A stretch of 64,000 bases of DNA from Octopus sinensis (GCF_006345805.1 NC_043022.1:25172001-25236000), one strand, 5' to 3'; shown: positions 25,437 through 39,650, numbered from the stretch's first letter. A program made the numbers and translations. The notes: a model not told the origin generated them from the sequence alone.

Positions 25437-26891
25437 ACATTATATGGCCAGTAATGTGCCTCAACCTGTGTAGGAACGATGAAAGAGTTCGTAAAATGGA
25501 GACGGTCAACACCCAGAAATTGACTGGGTAATGTATTTTAAATTGCCTCTTCAGTCCCTTGTCATCGATATATCCCGTTATTGTCTCAGAGAACACGCAA
25601 ATCCTATGTTTAAAAAAAATTGATTTTGTATTAGAAAATGTACGATGGGATTTTTTTAAAAAACGCGTCTAACTTCCTATGTTAATTCGAACCATTGCTG
25701 ACGTCGTAGCTACGTTATTTAACATCCTTCGCCACTCTCTACTGTAACTTCTCACATATCAAAAATGTTACAAACGCTGCGAGCACTAGAACCAAACTCC
25801 TAAACTACTCCTAAGTGGTCGCATAACTTACTAGAAATAGCAACCAAATCCACTTTCACATCACATCTTTAAAAAGACGTACACAGATTTATGAGGTTGT
25901 ATGTAAACTAAATCTAAATAAAATACGCTGTGGTGATACTATTACAGCCACTACTATAACCATAACAACAATAGCTACCACTCTCAGTACTACGACCGCA
26001 GCAACTAATACAATGACCCCACTACAATCACCGTATGCTTCCTTACCACCACTAATACTTGAACAACAACAACAACTACTACTTTACAAAAATTACAATG
26101 TTAGCGACCACTACTACTACTACCATTACTATCATAACCACGGCAACAACAACCTCTGCAAACACTACAACCGTAACTGCTATAACAACTAGAGCTGCTA
26201 CTATCGCAAATCACGGCCACAACATCACAATATCTACCCTCACAACTACCACAATTTCCAATATCACATAGTCAATAGATATGTTTACTACTTCCACTAC
26301 AGCCGTTACTTTTGCTACCACTACCACGACAATAACCCATGCCATCACCACAGCCGTGATTTGTTTTCTAGAAATCAGTAACAGCTGACAGTTTTTCGTA
26401 AAATGTGGCCGTCGTATTGAAGACAGGAGGAAGGGAAGAGGTGGAAAGGGCAGAGGAAAGAAAGAAATAGAAGGGGTGTATGTGTGTGAGAGAGCGAGAG
26501 AGAGAGAGATGAATGTATGAATGGATTGATGAGGATGGATTGGATGTTACAGAAACGTGATAGGAGAGGATGTAAGGAAAAGAAAGACGATTATGATGAT
26601 GACGACGACGACTGAAGGGAATGCCAGTGGTAATGATCACGACGGCAGAGGCAGCAGTTGCAATGATGAAGAGGAAGAGAAGGACGACGACGATGATGAT
26701 GATGCTAAACGACGATGCCAACAAGGATAGCAAAGATGACGACGACGACGTCAACGACGATGGCGATGTGAGACTTGTAAACGACGACGACAACTACGAT
26801 GATCATGATGATGATGATGACGATGATTATGATGATGATGATGATGATGACGATGATGGCGATGATGATGATGACGATGATGAGGATGACA

Positions 26892-26922
<31 letters not shown>

Positions 26923-27886
26923 CGACGATACCAACAACGACAGCGACCATGATCGTGATAAGGATGATGTGAGATGTGAAGGCTATGATGATGAGGAGGA
27001 GGATGATGAAGTAAAAACTAAGGCTTGAAGGGGAAACACAATGATGCTGATGCTATCCATGATGATGATTAGGAGAAGAGAAGAAAGGAAAAAAAGAAAA
27101 AAAAGAAATGTTCACAGAAAAAGGGAATTTTTCTCTCTTTCTCTTTTATTTTTAACTCTTTCACTGATTCAGTTTCTAAGTCATTGGTGGGGGCCCAGGG
27201 TGGAAGAGGGGCATTTGAATTTTGTTTAGACTTTGTGCTTTGTTTATTCAGAATACTTGTAGCAGGCAGCTAGATAGCGGCGAGGGCGGGGACGGAGGCG
27301 TGTGGGGGTGGGGTGGAGGAAGCTAGAAAGGTGAGTGGAGGGGGCAGGAATGACCCATTCTTTTAATTTATTTTCTTATTCCTTTCCAACACCATCCCCC
27401 TCGCTCTCTCTCTCCCCACCTTCGCTACATCATTCCTAAAGCTGCCTATAATTTAAGTGACATCCACTCAATGAAATAGCAGCAGTAACAACAACAACAA
27501 TAATAATAATAATATTGTTACACGGAGAGGCTAAGATGGAGAGCGTGTGTAGGTAGGATGGTGGTGGTGGTGGTGATTTTTGAATGGGGGTAGGGCGGGG
27601 GGAGGGGAGCGAGTCAAGGTAGTGGGGGTAAATCACAGAGAAATGAGAAAAATCGTGCTCACAGGGAACAGAAACGAAATAAAAATAAAATAAATTAAAT
27701 AAATAAATATAATAAAATAAGGTAAAAATAAACTTGTGTATGTGACGGAGAAGGAGGGGAGGGGGTTAAGGGGACGCAATTCTCGACGCAACATGGGGTG
27801 CTACTAATTATATGTGAAACCATGTCACACGAACAACGTTGACCCAACAGCACCTCCATCAGAATAGTCCTTCTTATCCTTTCCTC

Positions 27887-27950
<64 letters not shown>

Positions 27951-28194
27951 ACTCCATCTCATAAACCTAACTAGATAGAAATAAAGTTGGCGATTGACAA
28001 ACGTAGAGGCCTGAAAAAATAATATATAAATAAAATAAAGAATAACTAAAAGAATAATAATAAAAATATATAAAATGTATAAAGGCGACCACCCCAACTG
28101 TGCTTTTCAGTTAGCTAATTGGTACTTGGATGTCAGTTTCTATCCCTTAAACTCTTCATTCATTCGCTGTGTCAACGAAGTCATATATATATAT

Positions 28195-28228
<34 letters not shown>

Positions 28229-28905
28229 TTCGCGCACACAGATTTCGAAATAAAAGCAGCGTAACAATAACAACAGCAGCGACCACAGTGACAACCAAAA
28301 TAGAAATCTAGACGTTGAATAATAAGAATCAAGGTGAGATGAGATGAGACTATGAACAGAACTCAATTTGTGGTTGTTGCTGTTGTTGTTGTCGTTGTTG
28401 TCGCGTGAATTCAACGAGTGAAATGCAAAGAAAGAAAAAATAATAAATCGGTTTGGTAGATAACAATGGAGAATTTATATTTACGTTGACAACTTTTTTT
28501 CCTCCGAGTTGCGAATGTGGTTCACCACCTTTTAACACAACGACGACGACAGACGCACACATGTATTTGCATGAACACTGACAATAAATTACATATGTAT
28601 ACATGAATACACATTACATTACAAAGATGTGTGTTTAAACAAGCCAGCCTTTCTCTATAAACGGTGACTGACAAATTCAAAGGTCACCAACGCCCTGCTT
28701 TGGAAGTAATGAATGAATATTTTACGCTAAGGTTGCAGAGCTTCGTGCGTGAATGCAATGAGACTAAGGTGATCCCTACCAAACAGAAATAGGGCTCTCC
28801 TCTCCAAACGGTTTTCACATTAGGATTTCCAAACCAAACCACCCATGGAAGCTAACAAGCCACGGTTTATATCTATACCGAAGCATATTAGGATTTATTT
28901 ATCTA

Positions 28906-29102
28906 CGCAGGAGTGGCTGTATGGTAAGTAGCTTGTTTACCAACCACATGGTTCCGGGTTCAGTCCCACTGCGTGGCACCTTGGGCAAGTGTCTTCTACT
29001 ATAGCCTCGGGCCGACCAAAGCCTTGTGAGTGGATTTGGTAGACGGAAACTGAAAGAAGCCCGTCGTATATATGCATATATCTATATATCTATCTATCTA
29101 TC

Positions 29103-29136
<34 letters not shown>

Positions 29137-29356
29137 ATATATGCGTGTGTGTGTTTGTGTTTGTCCCCCTAGCATTGCGTGACAACCGATGCTGGTGTGT
29201 TTATGTCCCCGTAACTTAGCGGTTCGGCAAAAGAGACCGATAGAATAAGTTCTGGGCTTACAAAAGAATAAGTACCGGGGTCGAGTTGCTCGATTAAAGG
29301 CGGTGCTGCAGCATGGCCGCAGTCAAATGACTGAAACAAGTAAAAGAGTAAAGAGC
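28906..29356 (+). mobile_element. SINE family A, full length
   Basis: A box gtggctgtatggt, B box ggttcagtccc, central ccttgggcaagt, internal (TA)n, tail ggcggtgctgcagcatggccgcagtcaaatgactgaaacaagtaaaagagtaaagag. Confidence 0.9.
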
Positions 29357-29928
29357 ATGTGTAAACTGGATTGGTCGGACTCTGCGGAAGAAGCTTCCAT
29401 GTTTCAACGGAGGTGAAGGTAGCTGCAGCAACGCAGAAGAGCAAGACGAGGCAAGTAAGGATCTTGGTCGTCCACATCCCAGTTGTCTTGACCTGGCTTT
29501 GTCAGTGGATTGAAGATGGTCATAGACCAGGAAGTGAGATTGGCATTGCGCAAAACCTCTTCATTACGCAAGTTATTGGTCATATTTAAATATTATTAGA
29601 TAATCTTCATCGCTATAGCACAAAATATTCTTCCCTTAACGCAAAGTTAGGAGGGAAAAGTTGCGTCCGCGACCCTTTACAGAGATCCAGGGACCACTGG
29701 GAGGGAAAGACTAAGGTATGTTTAACACCAAAGATCTGGCATGAATAACTGCAGGAAAAGAGACTCCATTAAAAGCACACAGAGTCGCAGGCAGTGGTGC
29801 AGACGCTGGTGTAGGCCACGGTTGGATTGTACTCCGAATGCAAATAGCTGGGTGGGGGGGGGGAATACTGCAGCGTTCTAACGATCTTCACTATTCCAAC
29901 CGTTACGCTGTGTTGGTTCTTGTAATTT

Positions 29929-30302
29929 AGGGGAGGAAGCACTCCGACGAGGGTTCCGGTTGATCCGAATCAACGGAACAGCCTACTCGTGAAATTAACG
30001 TGTAAGTGGCTGAGCACTCCACAGACACGTGTACCCTTAACGTAGTTCTCGGGGATATTCAGCGTGACACAGAGTGACAAGGCCGGCCCTTTGAAATACA
30101 GGTACAACAGAAACAGGAAATAAGAGTGAGAGAAAGTTGTGGTGAAAGAGTACAGCAGGGATCACCACCATCCCCTGCCGGAGCCTCGTGGAGCTTTTAG
30201 GTGTTTTCGCTCAATAAACACTCACAACGCCCGGTCTGGGAATCGAAACCGCGATCCTACGACCGCGAGTCCGCTGCCCTAACCACTGGGCCATTGCGCC
30301 TC
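29929..30302 (-). mobile_element. tRNA-derived SINE family C, full length
   Basis: Near-identical to 23029-23415. Confidence 0.9.
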
Positions 30303-30411
30303 ACTCTTGTAATTTACGAACACCCTGAAAGGACGAGAGGCGAATTCGATGCCATTGACGGAATTTGAACTCGCTCGGATAGCAAGAAAACAGACGAAAT
30401 CGTACCAGGAG

Positions 30412-30828
30412 AATTCCCTCCGACGAAAAACTACCCCCAGGACAATTACCCCAATCTCCAATATATTAAGAAGTTTTGAATCATCATCTGTTGTGCTTGG
30501 TGGGTGGGTGGGGGTTGGGTGTCCTAGACTCGAAGAAATACCACAAAGTATTTCGGTGGATGATCTAAAGATTGTATCACTTCGTTTCAAACTTAACTTG
30601 CAAAGATGACACGCAGTAAAATTCTCTCCGACGAAAAACTACCCCCAGGACAATTACCCCACCTCTCCAATATATTAAGAAGTTTTCAATCATCATCTGT
30701 TGTGCTTGGTGGGTGGGGGTTGGGTGTCCTAGACTCGAAGAAATACCACAAAGTATTTCGGTGGACGATCTAAAGATTGTATCACTTCGTTTCAAACTTA
30801 ACTTGCAAAGATGACACGCAGTAAAATC
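30412..30828. repeat. Tandem duplication, ~205-bp unit x2
   Basis: ctccgacgaaaaactacccccaggacaattacccc...gatgacacgcagtaaaat occurs twice, with small indels between copies. Confidence 0.92.
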
Positions 30829-31369
30829 AAACTCAGTATTTCATGATTTGCGCAGCCGCCTTCCATAATCCTCATACCACGGTGCGTGCGCCCCCAAACA
30901 CCTCACCACACACACATACACACGTATTTACAACCGAAATATCGAGCTAATTCGCATAACCTGCCCACTTTCACCTCTCACACAGACGAAGGAATTGGCG
31001 GAGTAAATTAAAATCCAATTCTAATTTGTATTTGCATATGTGTGTAAGTATAGAGTGCATAACACCGATACTGCACTTTTCAAAAATACCCCCCCCCGTA
31101 CCCCCGTCCCACCCGTCCCACCCGTGCGCTGCTTCCACGTTTTTAATCAGGGTGACGAAGAGGGAATCGGAGAAAGCGTTCGGTATGAGAGAGAGAGAGG
31201 GGGGGAAGAGAGAGAGGAGTAAGAACTGAAAGAAAAATTTCCATAAAACAATAAAAATGATGAAGCAGCGACTTTTAGGTTCATACTAATTCTCTTCCGC
31301 TTATTTGACAATATGATGACGATGATGATGATGATGATGATGATGCAGATGCAGATGCATGTGTGTGTG

Positions 31370-31401
<32 letters not shown>

Positions 31402-31541
31402 TGCGTGCGTTCGTGTGTGTGTTGTGTGTGTGTGCGTGCGTGCGTGTGTGTTTGTGTGGCGTTTGTGTGGTGTGTGTGTGGTGTGTGTGTGTGTGTGGTG
31501 TGTGTGTGTGTGTGTGTGTGGTTGCGTGTGTGTGTGCGTGT

Positions 31542-31577
<36 letters not shown>

Positions 31578-31987
31578 GCTCGCACCTACTCTTCACACAT
31601 AACTGAAAATAAATAAAAGCAACATCGCTTTGTAATTAAAGACCGCTTTCTCTCAGGCAAGGAGACGCATAAACATGCCTATAACAGTTGCGTATGTTGC
31701 ATGTGCGCCTTTGCATTTGTATATGTATGTGTGTGTGGTGTGTGTGTGAGAGAGAGAGAGAGAAAGACTAAGTGAGGAGGAACCAGAAAGGGAAAGAAAG
31801 AGAGAGAGTATGAGTGAAGAAGAGAGAGAGAGAAAGAGAAAATATGCACATTCGTTGCCTTTAGACGAGAACTTCCCCCCGTTATTGAGTAGCTCACTGC
31901 AAGCTATAAGGCTATGATTTGGGAGATCAAAGAAGATAGGAAAGAGGAATGAAAAAAAAAAAATAAAGTAAACAAATGATAATAATA

Positions 31988-32031
<44 letters not shown>

Positions 32032-32791
32032 GAAATAGCAATAATGAAAGGAAGAAGAAAGAGGATGAAGTAAAAGAACATCAGTGATTATTGGAACAAA
32101 GAAAATGGCGAGTAATAATAGATTGGTACCTAATTAGATTGGCAAATATAACGTAGAAATACAGAAGATACCGTGAATACACCAGTGTTTAATAAAATAT
32201 TAAGTTTCTGTAGCAGCAGCAGCAGCAGGAGGAGAGAGGGGGGAGTAAGGGGTGGTGGAGAGAAGAGGGAGTGAGATAGGCAATATGGAAGGTGTGAGAG
32301 AGAGGGTGGTGGTGGAGAGAAAAGAGAGTGAGGTAGGCAAAGGAGAAGGTGAGAGAGAGAGTGAGAGAGAGAGAGAGAGAATATAAACGATGAGAGACAG
32401 AAAAGAGGTGTATGTGTGTGTGTGATAGGGAGATGTAGAAAAGATGTGAGTGGGAAGAGAAAGAGAGGGGTGGCAGATGGGGGAAAAAGAGACATGCAGT
32501 AGTGAAGGTGAGAGAGAAAGGAGTGTAGAGATGAGATGAGATGAGAGAGAGAGAGGGGGAGGGAGAGAGGGAGGGAGAGGGAGAGAGAGAGAGAGAAGTC
32601 ATATAGGTAATATAGGAGAGGTGTTGGAAATTTAAGATAAGGAAAGTTAGACAGAGAAACGATGAGAGAGAGAGAGAGAGAGAAGGAGAGAGAGAGAGAT
32701 GCATGGGTAATAGAGGAAGGTAAAGATGAGAGAAAAGTTGTAAAAGAGCTAATATAGAAAGATGTGTTGGGGATATATATAAGGCGGGGTG

Positions 32792-32841
<50 letters not shown>

Positions 32842-33856
32842 CTAGGGAGAAAGCGTATAGGAGTTAAGAGACGAGAGAGATTGAAAAAGGTGTAGAAATG
32901 AGAGAGGTATAGAAGATGATGAAGAGAGGAAAATAAAATAGATTGTGGAAAGTGGGAGTCTGGCGGGATGGGATGGGGTGGGGGTGATTTAAGAGGTGAA
33001 AGGAAAAGGGGAAATAAAAAGAGATACTGTTGTTAGAGAGCTTTCACAATAACAACAATGATAGCATCAATAATGAAGAAATATGTAAATTACATAACAT
33101 AACACTTCGTAAAAATGTTCAATACGAAAACATCAATAACAACAACAACAACAACGATGACGACGATGACAACGACGACGACGATGAAAACGACGGTAGA
33201 GAATATGGAGGTGCGTGGTGGTTGGGGTAGGTGGTGGGGAGGTGGGGCGGGGTGGGGGTAGGGGGGGACAGAAACTGTTTTAAAAACCAATAAAAAGAAA
33301 ATAGTATTCCGAGAGGAGAAAAAAAAATAGAGAGAAAAAGGAGGAAATAAAACAAATACAAAAGAAACCAAAAAAAAAAAAGAAGGGGGAGAAAATTGCG
33401 AGGTGATGAAGAAGAAAAATAACAATAAGTAAAAGTAAAAACAAAAAACAAAAATGGAGGAAAAATAGACAAAAATAAAATGGAGGTTTAAATACGTCAG
33501 CGCAGGCAGACCACCCGGAGTTTATTGATTCACAATTTGTCATGCGTCATATACAAAATATTCCAGCTTGTTTTGGCTTTTGTCATATTTCCAGTTGCTT
33601 CGGTTCGGAGACGCAGCACTACGGTTTTATTATTATTACTATTATTATTATTACTATCATCATTATTATTATTATTATTATAATATTATATTATATTATA
33701 TTATTATTATTATCATCATCGTTATTTTTATCGTTATTATCAATAATAAGAATTATATTACAACAAAATCACGATGGTATTATTAATATTAGAAACGATG
33801 ATAATATAACAACAACAACAACAATATTAACAATAATAATAATAATAATAATAATA

Positions 33857-33959
33857 GTGCCTGGTGTACCCTTATCAGACGGGTAGTCATGATGGGTATA
33901 TTGGGCTTCGTATATTTTACCCCAGTGTCACTTTGATGGCATGAACTGCTCTCTCACTC

Positions 33960-33960
<1 letters not shown>
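33857..33960 (+). mobile_element. 5'-truncated copy of retroposon family E in (AAT)n
   Basis: Matches about 9074-9177 and has the same 3' junction into (AAT)n. Confidence 0.8.
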
Positions 33961-33993
<33 letters not shown>

Positions 33994-35019
33994 TGATAAT
34001 AATAATTCTTTCTTTTTCCTTTTACTTGTTTCAGTCATTTGACTGCGGCCATGATGGAGCACCGCCTTTAAAAGTGAAAAACCATTTGGTTCTGCTCAGG
34101 ACAGGATTGAACACTGGCCAGAAACTCCAGTATGTTCTTTGCTGCTGGTTATCTACACCTTTACCTACAAGGCTACCTAGACTCTAATAATAATAATAAT
34201 AATAATAATATAAATAACAATGACAACATCGGCACCATTTTCATTGTTTCGTGAAATATTTCATATACACGTGTACCAAATTTCTAAAAAAAATGTTTCA
34301 ATATATATATATATTCTTTATATTTCGGTACTTTCATTTTGGTAACCTAAGACTGCTAAGTTTTCTAAACTTTCACATTCCATAGATCATCATCCAATAT
34401 TTAACCATTCCTACCCTCCCCCCCCCCACCATCACCACTCTCACACACACTGAAGTATACAAAGTCCCTTCTTTCGTTGTATCTCCTCTCCCTTCCCTTC
34501 ACCTCATAAACGCTTTATCCAATATCCACCGTAACCTATTTAACCCCATCGTCACACACCTCCCTCCGGTCCTCTTTATCCGTGTTTCCCTGTGCACACA
34601 CACACACACAAACAAACAATCACACCACACGCTCGAAACAGCTTAAACCAACAACTCCCACAAACTCCTTTCCAAAAACTCTTGAGACAAAATACCCCAC
34701 CCACATACTACGTTACAAACCATTATACGCACTGCACAAAACTTCATGCTCCACCACTACCACCAACACCACACACACACACACACAAACCCTTTTTCTT
34801 TTTCCTACTCCAAACCCTTTATCCGACATACCACATCTACCTTCTTACCAAACCCCGTAACTCAAACATCGACTCGAAACCTTCATTTCTAACAATTTGT
34901 TGTTTTCAAACCTATCATTTCAATTACATATAACATTATATACACAAATACATGTATATACATACGCATACACATATTTACATACGCACTCAATTTTTGT
35001 TTTTTTTTTTTGTTTTTTG

Positions 35020-35231
35020 TTTTCCAGTTTCAGCTCTTGAGCTGTGGCCATGCTGGGGCACCGCCATTGTGGTGAAAGAGTACAGCAGGAATCACCACCC
35101 CCTGCCGGAGCCTCGTAGAGCTTTTAGGTGTTTTCGCCAATAAAACACACACAACGCCCCCAGTCTGAGAATCGAAACCGCGATCCTGCGACCGCGAGTC
35201 CGCTGCCCTAACCACTAGGCCATTGCGCCTC
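35020..35231 (-). mobile_element. Chimera: SINE family C head fused directly to a LINE-type 3' stem-loop tail
   Basis: Minus strand: family C head to ...ctttcaccacaat, then ggcggtgccccagcatggccacagctcaagagctgaaactggaaaaacaaaaa. Confidence 0.7.
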
Positions 35232-35239
35232 TATATATG

Positions 35240-35272
<33 letters not shown>

Positions 35273-35588
35273 GTGTAATCAATAAATTATGCATACATAC
35301 AAACTATATGTACGTACAGGCATGTATATATACATGCATATATAAATATATATACGTACAGGACACCACAAAAAGACTTAGAACTCAAACAAACGAAAAT
35401 GGAAAAGCCATTTTGTTACAACAGAAAGACAGAGACGTGGAACGGGAACGAGAACGAAAACGGGAAAAACATTATTTACAACAGAAAAACAAGGTACAGG
35501 ACATGCTACACAAGGAAAAATCCCCTTCATCAGCTGTCGAATTTTCGAATTTTCGCTTCGTTCCGTTTCTTTCCTCCCAGTATTGTTT

Positions 35589-35635
<47 letters not shown>

Positions 35636-35674
35636 ATAATATATAAATATATATATATATATATTTATTATTAT

Positions 35675-35790
35675 TATGAGGGCGTGCTGAAAATTTCCTG
35701 GTTTGGGGTAAAATACAAAGCAGGAATACTCCCCTATCAGATTCACACACTTATAGCAGCGGTCCTTTAATTTTCCTAAACCCTGGAAAA
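35675..35790 (+). mobile_element. Possible left end of a mariner-type element
   Basis: tatgagggcgtgctgaaaa resembles TACGAGGG...AAAAGT mariner TIRs. No partner end found. Confidence 0.35.
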
Positions 35791-35907
35791 GTTATGGGTA
35801 CGCTAAGTTACGGGTACGTAAACACACCAGCATCGGTTGTCAAGCGATGTTGGGGGAGGGACAAACACACACACACACACACAACACACATACATACATA
35901 CATACAT

Positions 35908-35938
<31 letters not shown>

Positions 35939-36119
35939 CTTTCTGTCTACAATATCCGCTCACAAGGTTTTGGTTGGCCCGAAGCTAGAGCTCAACATGC
36001 CCCGCACTGGGACGGGACTCGGAACCATGTCGTTGGGAAGCAAGCTTAGACTCATATATATATATATATTATATATATATATATATAATATATATAGGGA
36101 ATATATATATATATATATA

Positions 36120-36300
36120 GGGAAGTTTTACAAAAGTAAAAAAAAAAAGACGAAGACAGATGGTGTAGAAAACAACAGATGTTTTAGTATAACGCTCAGG
36201 AATAGAAAAACGTCTTTTACGTTTCAAGCCTACGTTCTTCTACAGAAAGGGACACAGAAAACAAGGAGAGAAAAAATGTGTGTAGTGGCTAACGATCTAT
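36120..36300 (-). mobile_element. Penelope-like short element with a minimal hammerhead ribozyme motif (36212-36253)
   Basis: Minus strand: gtccc ttt CTGTAGA a gaac gtag gctt GAAAC GTA aaa gac. Flanked by (TA)n; same family as 63813-64000. Confidence 0.75.
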
Positions 36301-36319
36301 CTCTCTCTATATATATAGT

Positions 36320-36503
36320 GGTGCAGGCGGGGCTGTGTGGTTAGAAGATTGCTTCCCAACCTCATGGTTCCGGGTTCAGTCCTAATGTGTGACATCTTGG
36401 TCAAGTGACTTCTATTACAGCCTCGGGACGACCAAAGCCTTGTGAGTTCATTTCGTTGATGAAAACTGAAAGAAGCTCGTCATATATATATATATATATT
36501 TAC

Positions 36504-36539
<36 letters not shown>

Positions 36540-36718
36540 TCCCCACTACCGCTTGGTTTGTTTGCGTCCTCGTAACAAAGTGGTAGGGCAAAAATGTCTG
36601 ATAAATTTAGTACCACGCTAAGAAGAAAAAAATGAGTACTGAAGTCGATCCATTCGACTTTAAAATTCTTCCTCAAGGCGGTGCCCCAGCATGGCCAGTC
36701 TAATTAGTAAAACAAGAT
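36320..36718 (+). mobile_element. SINE family A (diverged)
   Basis: Head ggctgtgtggttagaag..ggttcagtcc and tail aaggcggtgccccagcatggcc. Confidence 0.8.
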
Positions 36719-37398
36719 GTGCGTCTATGTATATGTATATATATATACAATGATCCTTAACACTGATGGATAATGTTACAATGAAACTGACCCCCGACAT
36801 ATCTAGTACACCGCCACCACCACCACCACCACCACTGATATTACTAATATTGTTATCCCCACCCCCACCGCACATCACACGCTTAATGACAGTATGTGTA
36901 AGCGACCTCAATACCGCCGTCACCACCACCACCGACAGCTAAGCAGAGAACATCTCCTAAATTCCCAGTCACAAGTATTACACAGAACCAATACCACAGG
37001 ACATGGAAATGCTGGAAAGGAGGAATGGAAGACATTCGAAACTCAGAAACGATAAAGAGAGATCGGGAAATGAGCGGTGGGGGTGGGGTGAGAGGTGGGG
37101 GTGGGGTGAGAGGTGGGGGTGGGGGTGAGCGACGAAAAGATGGCTTAGGGAAATGGGAGATGGACTCACTTCGCTACATCCTCTAAGATGGCGACCACTC
37201 TACTCGACAGCAGATGCCAATAAAGGCTCTTCCCTCTAAACAAGACACGATGGCTTTGAATAATAACAACAACAACAACAACAATAATAATGTGAGGTTC
37301 CAGTCGTCTTCATTTGTCATTAGAATATAGCGAAGTCGAAATATGGACGGAAGTAATGTAAACCTCTTTACTGTTACTTTTTAGACATTCCACGTGCT

Positions 37399-37480
<82 letters not shown>

Positions 37481-37691
37481 TGTGTGTGTGAGTGTGTGTG
37501 ATGCAGTCTGTGATTTTAGTTTCAAATGCTGCCACAAGGCCAGCAATTTCAAGGGGCGGTGCTAAGTCGATTACATCGACCCCCATGGCTCAATTGGTAC
37601 TTCGGTTATCGACCAACAAAAAGGATGAAAGTCGAAGTCCACCTCAGTGTTTATTGTTTATTTTTTTTTTAAGCGTGGTACTTAATGTTTC

Positions 37692-37921
37692 GAAGGCGGC
37701 GAGCTGGCAGAAACGTTAGCACGCCGGGCGAAATGCCTAGCGGTATTTCATCCGCCGCTGCGTTCTGGGCTCAAATTCCGCCGAGGTCGACTTTGCCTTT
37801 CATCCTTTCGGGGGTCGATAAATTAAGCACCAGTTACGCACAGGGTCGAGGTAGCGACTTAATCCGTCGTCGTCCTTGTTTGTCCCTCTGTGGTGTTTAG
37901 GCTCCTGGTGGGTAGTAAAGA
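37692..37921 (+). mobile_element. SINE family B
   Basis: aaggcggcgagctggcagaaacgttagc...gggtagtaaag. Confidence 0.85.
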
Positions 37922-37935
37922 CTTTGTTACGGGGA

Positions 37936-38035
37936 NNNNNNNNNNNNNNNNNNNNNNNNNNNNNNNNNNNNNNNNNNNNNNNNNNNNNNNNNNNNNNNNN
38001 NNNNNNNNNNNNNNNNNNNNNNNNNNNNNNNNNNN
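37936..38035. other. Assembly gap (100 N)
   Basis: Run of 100 n; a fixed-size scaffold placeholder of unknown true length. Confidence 0.99.
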
Positions 38036-38531
38036 CCCACCCCATGCTTGACAAACAGTGTTAGCGTGTTTGCATCCCTGTAACTTAGCAGTTTTGGCAA
38101 AGGATATTAATATACTAAGTACTAATCTTTAAAAATAAGTAATGGAGTCAATTCATTTGAATAAAATTCTCAAGGTTGGGTTGTGCCCACATGACCACAG
38201 TCTAATGACTGAAACATAAAATATCTGTGTTTATGTATGTGTCTGTATATGTATATATGTATATATATGTATATTATATATTATAATATATGTCAATATA
38301 TATATAATATATAATATATATATAGATATATAATATATATATATATAGATATATATAGATAGATATAGATAGATGTGTGTGTATATCATCATCATCCATC
38401 ATATGTATATATGTGTTGTGTGGTGTGTATATATATATATATATGGTTGTTTTCTTTATTCTGTAGATTCATGTGGTATACCACACACATGTTCATACTC
38501 ACATACACATATACACACACAGATATGTATG

Positions 38532-38580
<49 letters not shown>

Positions 38581-38996
38581 GATGTATACATGCACTTTAC
38601 ACACACATGTATAGAAAGATTTAGCAGTCCCAAATACATAATAATACATTCTGTCTGCATGATGCAAGTGTCTTTTGCATTTGTCTGGTGTGCATATTTT
38701 TACTGCAACAATCCGCCCCAACCCCCCCACCACCCATCATCCACCTAACAAATGTTCAGTTGATAATCTTAGGCTGACTGAACATCAAATGCTGTGTTTG
38801 TGTGTTGATCCAGTATGATTGGGTTGTGTTGTCAGAGCTGGGTGGGTGATTGGCGGCGATGGAGAGGAAGGAAAGATGAGGAGGGTAAGAAGATTTGAGC
38901 ATGGAGATGTGTGCATGTGCACATGTATAGCTATGTGCATATCTATCTATATATTATATATATATGTGTGTGTGTGTGTGTGTATGTGTGTGTATA

Positions 38997-39040
<44 letters not shown>

Positions 39041-39463
39041 TTGTATGTGTATACATGTATATATATGAACATATGTGTATATTTTATCAATGCTAATATA
39101 TTTATGTGTATGTTAGCATATGTTTATGTATGAATTTATATATGCTCGTGCACACACACATACACACGTGTGTGTGTGTATATATATACACATACTAGAT
39201 ATGCATGTGCACATACAACATACGCATATACATATGTGTGTGCATTCAAGGGGACATTTTTGATGTCAGTCTGCTCCTTGATAATTTCTTGTGTGTGTGA
39301 GAAAGTAAGAGGGAGAGAGCTAAAGCGGGAGAGAGAGAGAAAGAGAGAGAGTGTGTGTGTGTTTAAGCAGATTATTGTGTATAGAGTGAGTGAGAGGAAA
39401 GGCGGGGAAGGAAAGAAAGAAACAGAAAGAGGATGACCAAGTGAGATAGATAGATAGATAGAG

Positions 39464-39498
<35 letters not shown>

Positions 39499-39650
39499 GA
39501 GGTGGGTAGAGACAGTAGGATAGAGCAGGTTGCTAAATGGAGGAATTCTGTGTAGCACTGTGTTGTTATTGGAATATGTATTTATCTACACACACACTCA
39601 TACACACGCCTGTATGTTTACAGCTGTGTGTGTGTGTATGTATATATATA

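Noticed and set aside
26621-27028. Poly-Asp ORF
   Set aside because: (GAT/GAC)n microsatellite.
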